A DNA stretch of 29,859 nucleotides from an uncultured Clostridium sp. (GTDB lineage: Bacteria; Bacillota; Clostridia; TANB77; CAG-508): the NCBI GenBank assembly GCA_947088765.1, contig CAMUHU010000014.1:1-29859 (forward strand), read 5' to 3'. Below the pieces are notes generated by a model, which worked only from the letters and a program-made list of their open reading frames with translations, was not told the origin of the DNA and did no database searches. Shown piece by piece: positions 26,527 to 29,859 of this stretch (the stretch's first letter is position 1; each line of letters starts with the position of its first letter). Both the position numbers and the translations under genes were made by a program.

Positions 26527-26533
26527 TCTTATT

Positions 26534-26558
26534 GGGCAGACACAAGGCCTGCCCCTAC
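26534..26558 (-). repeat. REP-like module: GTAG plus a 6-bp GC hairpin
   Basis: The minus strand reads GTAG-GGGCAG-GCCTTGTGT-CTGCCC, 25 nt after the transglycosylase stop. Confidence 0.6.
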
Positions 26559-26583
26559 AACATAAATATATTTTCGTTCTACA

Positions 26584-27144
26584 TTAACCATATAACTTAC
26601 TATAAATTCTATAATCTCGTAACACCTTTCTAACATAATTTCTTGTTTCTTTGAATGGTATATTTTCTATATCTGAACCATCTTTTTTTATTGTTCCATT
26701 TTCTATCCATTTATTTACATTTCCTATTCCTGCATTATATGCAGCTAATGCCAGATATAAATTGTTGTTGTAGTATGTTAATAGATTAGACATATATGTT
26801 GTTCCTAGTTCTATATTAGTGTCTGCATTGAATATATCATAGTCTTCGTTCATGTTTAGTTTTGTTGCTAATTCGTCTGCTGTTGAATCCATTAATTGCA
26901 TTAATCCTTTTGCTTGACTTAATGAAATGCTGTCTTCTTTAAAATTACTTTCTACTCTTATTATGGCAAGTATTAATAAGGGGTCAATTTCACATTCTTC
27001 TGAACACTTATAAATACATTCTTCATATTGCTTTGTATATATGTTTCTTAATACTATGTTTTCAATATTTATTGCTTTTAATGTTATCAATATTAATAAA
27101 ATTATTAATATAACTATCAATATTGTCCTTTTCTTTTTGTTCAA
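26584..27144 (-). CDS. Lytic transglycosylase (SLT domain) with N-terminal membrane anchor
   Basis: IIRVESNF catalytic Glu block, GLMQL and AAYNAG motifs. TTG start 8 nt after AGGAG, overlapping the polA stop. Confidence 0.85.
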   Translation of the reverse strand: MNKKKRTILIVILIILLILITLKAINIENIVLRNIYTKQYEECIYKCSEECEIDPLLILAIIRVESNFKEDSISLSQAKGLMQLMDSTADELATKLNMNEDYDIFNADTNIELGTTYMSNLLTYYNNNLYLALAAYNAGIGNVNKWIENGTIKKDGSDIENIPFKETRNYVRKVLRDYRIYSKLYG

Positions 27145-27156
27145 TATTCTTTCTCC

Positions 27157-29859
27157 TTACTTACATTCTTCCCAGTTGTTTGCTTCTGAAACTTCTGCAG
27201 TTAGCGGAACAAGTAATTTTACAGCTTCTTCCATTTCTGTTTTTAATAATTCTTTTACTTTATCTTTTTCTTCTATTGGTGCTTCTAAAAGCAATTCATC
27301 ATGTATTTGTAATACTATTTTTGTTTTTAATTTTTCCTTTTTTATTCTATTATATACATTTATCATTGCTATTTTCATTATATCCGCTGCTGTTCCTTGT
27401 ATTGGTGTATTTGTCGCAATTCTAATTCCAAATTGTCTTACCATATAACTATTTGAATTTATTTCTGGAATGTATCTTCTTCTTCTATATAAAGTGTCTA
27501 CATATCCTTCTTTTTTAGCCTTTTCTATTAAATCTTCTTCAAATTTTTTTATTTGTGGATATTTTTCAAAATAGTTTTGTATGTATTGTTTTGCTACTTT
27601 TACTGGGACTCCAATTTGCTCAGATAGTCCATAATCACTAATACCATATACTATTCCAAAGTTTACCGCTTTTGCATGACTTCTTTGTTCTTTTGTTACT
27701 TCTTCTAGTGGTGTATTGAATACCTGGGATGCTACTTGTTTGTGTATATCTTCTCCATTTTTAAATGAATTTATCAAAGTTTCATCTTGAGCTACATGTG
27801 AGAGAACTCTAAGTTCAATTTGTGAATAGTCTGCATCAACATATACATATCCTTCTTGTGGCTTGAATACTTCTCTAAGTTTTCTTCCTGCTTCAAATCT
27901 TGTTGGTATATTTTGTAAATTTGGGTCAGAGCTACTTAGTCTACCTGTTGCTGTAACTGTTTGGTGGAAATATGAATGTATTCTTCCTGTATTTTTATTA
28001 ATATACGGTAACATTCCTTCAACATATGTTGAATACAATTTTGCAATTTGCCTATATTCCAAAATCTTTTCAACTACTGGATGTTCATTTCTAATTTTCT
28101 CTAAAGTTTCTACATCTGTAGAGTATCCACTTTTAGTCTTTTTATATGTTGTAAGTTTTAAGTCTTCAAATAAAACTTTTCCTAATTGCTTTGGAGAATT
28201 AATATTAAATTCCTGTCCTGATATTTTATATATTTCATCTGTTAATCTAGCAAGTTCTTGTTTCAATAATTCTCCATAATTTATAAGTTCTTGTTTATCT
28301 ATTAACATACCATTATATTGCATATCAGCTAATACTTTTTCTAATGGCATTTCTATATCGTTAAATAACTCAATAAGTTTATTTTCTATTAATAGTTTAT
28401 TGGTTATTTCATATAACTTTGATATTATATATACTTTTACTAAATATTCTATACTATCATTTTTATTTTCTTCTTGAATCTCATCAAATAAATTTAGTTG
28501 CATTGCGTTATTATCATTTTTAGATATGTTGTTTATATCAATATTTAGGTATTTTTCTGATAGTCTTTCTAAAGTATATTTTCCAACATTTGAATCTAGT
28601 AAATAACTAGATATTTCTACATCAAAATAGATATTATTTATTTCTATATTTTGTTCTTTAAGTAATATATAATCTGTCTTTTGTTTATATCCTATTTTTT
28701 TTATGCTTTCATCTTCAAATATGTCTTTAAGATTATTTAAAAGGCTTTTATCTATTTTATATGCAGTTCCTCCATTAAAAAAATATATATTACTAATTTC
28801 CATATTAATTATACTTTGAGAATTAAATATTTCTTTATTTTCTAGAAGGTATATTACCTCTTTTTGTTTAATAATATTATTTTTTAATCCTTCTATTTCA
28901 CTAGCATTTGTTATATATCTTTTTTCAAATAATTCTTCTATGTTTTGTTGCTGTATCTGTTCTCCTTCTATTTTATCAAGTTCAAATTTTTCTATATACT
29001 TTTTGAATCTAAGTGTTTTAAATTCTTCTAATACTTTTTGCTTATTCCATTCTTTTATTTCTAATTCATCTATTTTTATATCAATAGGTACTTTTATATC
29101 AATAGTTCCTAGTTCTTTTGAAAGTAATGCTAATTCCTTGTTATTTTCTAGATTTTCTCTTAATTTTCCTTTTTCATCTGCAGTTCCTTCTTCTATTGCT
29201 TTATATAAATTTTCTATAGTTTTGTATTTTTTTATTAATGTTATTGCTGTTTTTTCTCCTACTCCTGGAACTCCTGGGATATTATCAGATTTGTCTCCCA
29301 TTAATCCTTTTACTTCTATCATTCCTTTAGGTTTTACTCCATAAGTTTCTATAACTTTACCTTCATCAAAATCATCTTCTTCTGTTTTTCCTGCTTTTGT
29401 GTGTGGTATTCTTATTGTTATCATTTTACTAGCAAGCTGAAATGTATCTCTATCTCCTGAAAGAATGGTTGTTGAAATTTTTTCTTTTTCTGCTTTCTTT
29501 GCAAGTGTTCCTAAAATATCATCTGCCTCATATCCTTCTTTTTCTATTATAGTAATATTCATGGCTCTTAAAATTTCTTTAATTATTGGCATTTGTGCTA
29601 CAAGTTCTTCAGGCATTGCATGTCTTGTTCCCTTATATTCTGCATACATAAGGTGTCTTTTTGTAGGCGCTTTTAAATCAAATGCTACTGCTAAATATTC
29701 TGGTTTTAAATCTTCTAATATCTTAAACATAATTGCCAAAAATCCATATACTGCATTTGTATATGTCCCGTCTTCTGTTTGTAATACTTTACTCCCCATA
29801 ATTCCATAGAAAGCTCTATTCATAATACTATTTCCATCTATAACAACTAATCTCTTCAT
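27157..29859 (-). CDS. polA: DNA polymerase I
   Basis: 900 aa with a 5'-3' exonuclease N-terminus (VIDGNSIMNRAFY, GDKSDNIPGVPGVGEKTA). Pol motifs: A (DYSQIELRVL), B (RSHAKAVNFGIVYG) and C (LQIHDELL). The start codon is the last triplet of the window. Confidence 0.97.
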   Translation of the reverse strand: MKRLVVIDGNSIMNRAFYGIMGSKVLQTEDGTYTNAVYGFLAIMFKILEDLKPEYLAVAFDLKAPTKRHLMYAEYKGTRHAMPEELVAQMPIIKEILRAMNITIIEKEGYEADDILGTLAKKAEKEKISTTILSGDRDTFQLASKMITIRIPHTKAGKTEEDDFDEGKVIETYGVKPKGMIEVKGLMGDKSDNIPGVPGVGEKTAITLIKKYKTIENLYKAIEEGTADEKGKLRENLENNKELALLSKELGTIDIKVPIDIKIDELEIKEWNKQKVLEEFKTLRFKKYIEKFELDKIEGEQIQQQNIEELFEKRYITNASEIEGLKNNIIKQKEVIYLLENKEIFNSQSIINMEISNIYFFNGGTAYKIDKSLLNNLKDIFEDESIKKIGYKQKTDYILLKEQNIEINNIYFDVEISSYLLDSNVGKYTLERLSEKYLNIDINNISKNDNNAMQLNLFDEIQEENKNDSIEYLVKVYIISKLYEITNKLLIENKLIELFNDIEMPLEKVLADMQYNGMLIDKQELINYGELLKQELARLTDEIYKISGQEFNINSPKQLGKVLFEDLKLTTYKKTKSGYSTDVETLEKIRNEHPVVEKILEYRQIAKLYSTYVEGMLPYINKNTGRIHSYFHQTVTATGRLSSSDPNLQNIPTRFEAGRKLREVFKPQEGYVYVDADYSQIELRVLSHVAQDETLINSFKNGEDIHKQVASQVFNTPLEEVTKEQRSHAKAVNFGIVYGISDYGLSEQIGVPVKVAKQYIQNYFEKYPQIKKFEEDLIEKAKKEGYVDTLYRRRRYIPEINSNSYMVRQFGIRIATNTPIQGTAADIMKIAMINVYNRIKKEKLKTKIVLQIHDELLLEAPIEEKDKVKELLKTEMEEAVKLLVPLTAEVSEANNWEECK

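Noticed and set aside
27041-29809. Plus-strand ORFs antisense to the SLT gene and polA (27041-27448, 27123-27425, 27863-28279, 28940-29344, 29465-29809). The same applies to those antisense to lepA, uvrB, ftsX and others.
   Set aside because: They are low-complexity F/L/S/I-rich translations typical of the antisense strand of AT-rich genes. They have no RBS and are fully contained in strongly supported minus-strand genes.

Overview
Very AT-rich, Firmicutes/Clostridia-like chromosomal window. Every credible gene is on the minus strand.

Core block, about 6.1-29.9 kb: polA, an SLT-domain lytic transglycosylase, yqeK, a ytvI-like AI-2E permease, a U32 peptidase, nadE, pncB, pyrB, a YbaK/ProX-like deacylase, a nucleoside phosphorylase, lepA, rlmB, and ftsE-ftsX-M23 peptidase-S41 Ctp peptidase. 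uvrB is broken by two 1-nt frameshifts and has a RhuM-family gene plus a GNAT gene directly upstream.

Accessory block, 1 to about 6.1 kb:
- A group II intron running into the window edge, whose RT/maturase is frameshifted.
- A small ORF, an ICMT-family methyltransferase and a membrane protein.
- A type III toxin-antitoxin locus: an AbiQ/ToxN-like toxin preceded by 37-nt tandem repeats and a consensus promoter. The toxin frame carries one in-frame TAA.
- A 208-bp palindromic element made of two inverted GTAG+hairpin (REP-like) modules.
- A translationally coupled two-gene operon (338 aa + 151 aa) with no recognisable function.

The same GTAG+GC-hairpin module recurs in three other 3' intergenic regions, with different stem sequences that still pair. 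A second hairpin family (AAATTTGC-NNN-GCAAATTT) occurs twice. One copy lies between two diverged copies of the last 10 codons (including the stop) of lepA.

No rRNA, tRNA or CRISPR array was seen. All homology calls come from reading the translations and recalling family hallmarks, not from searches.
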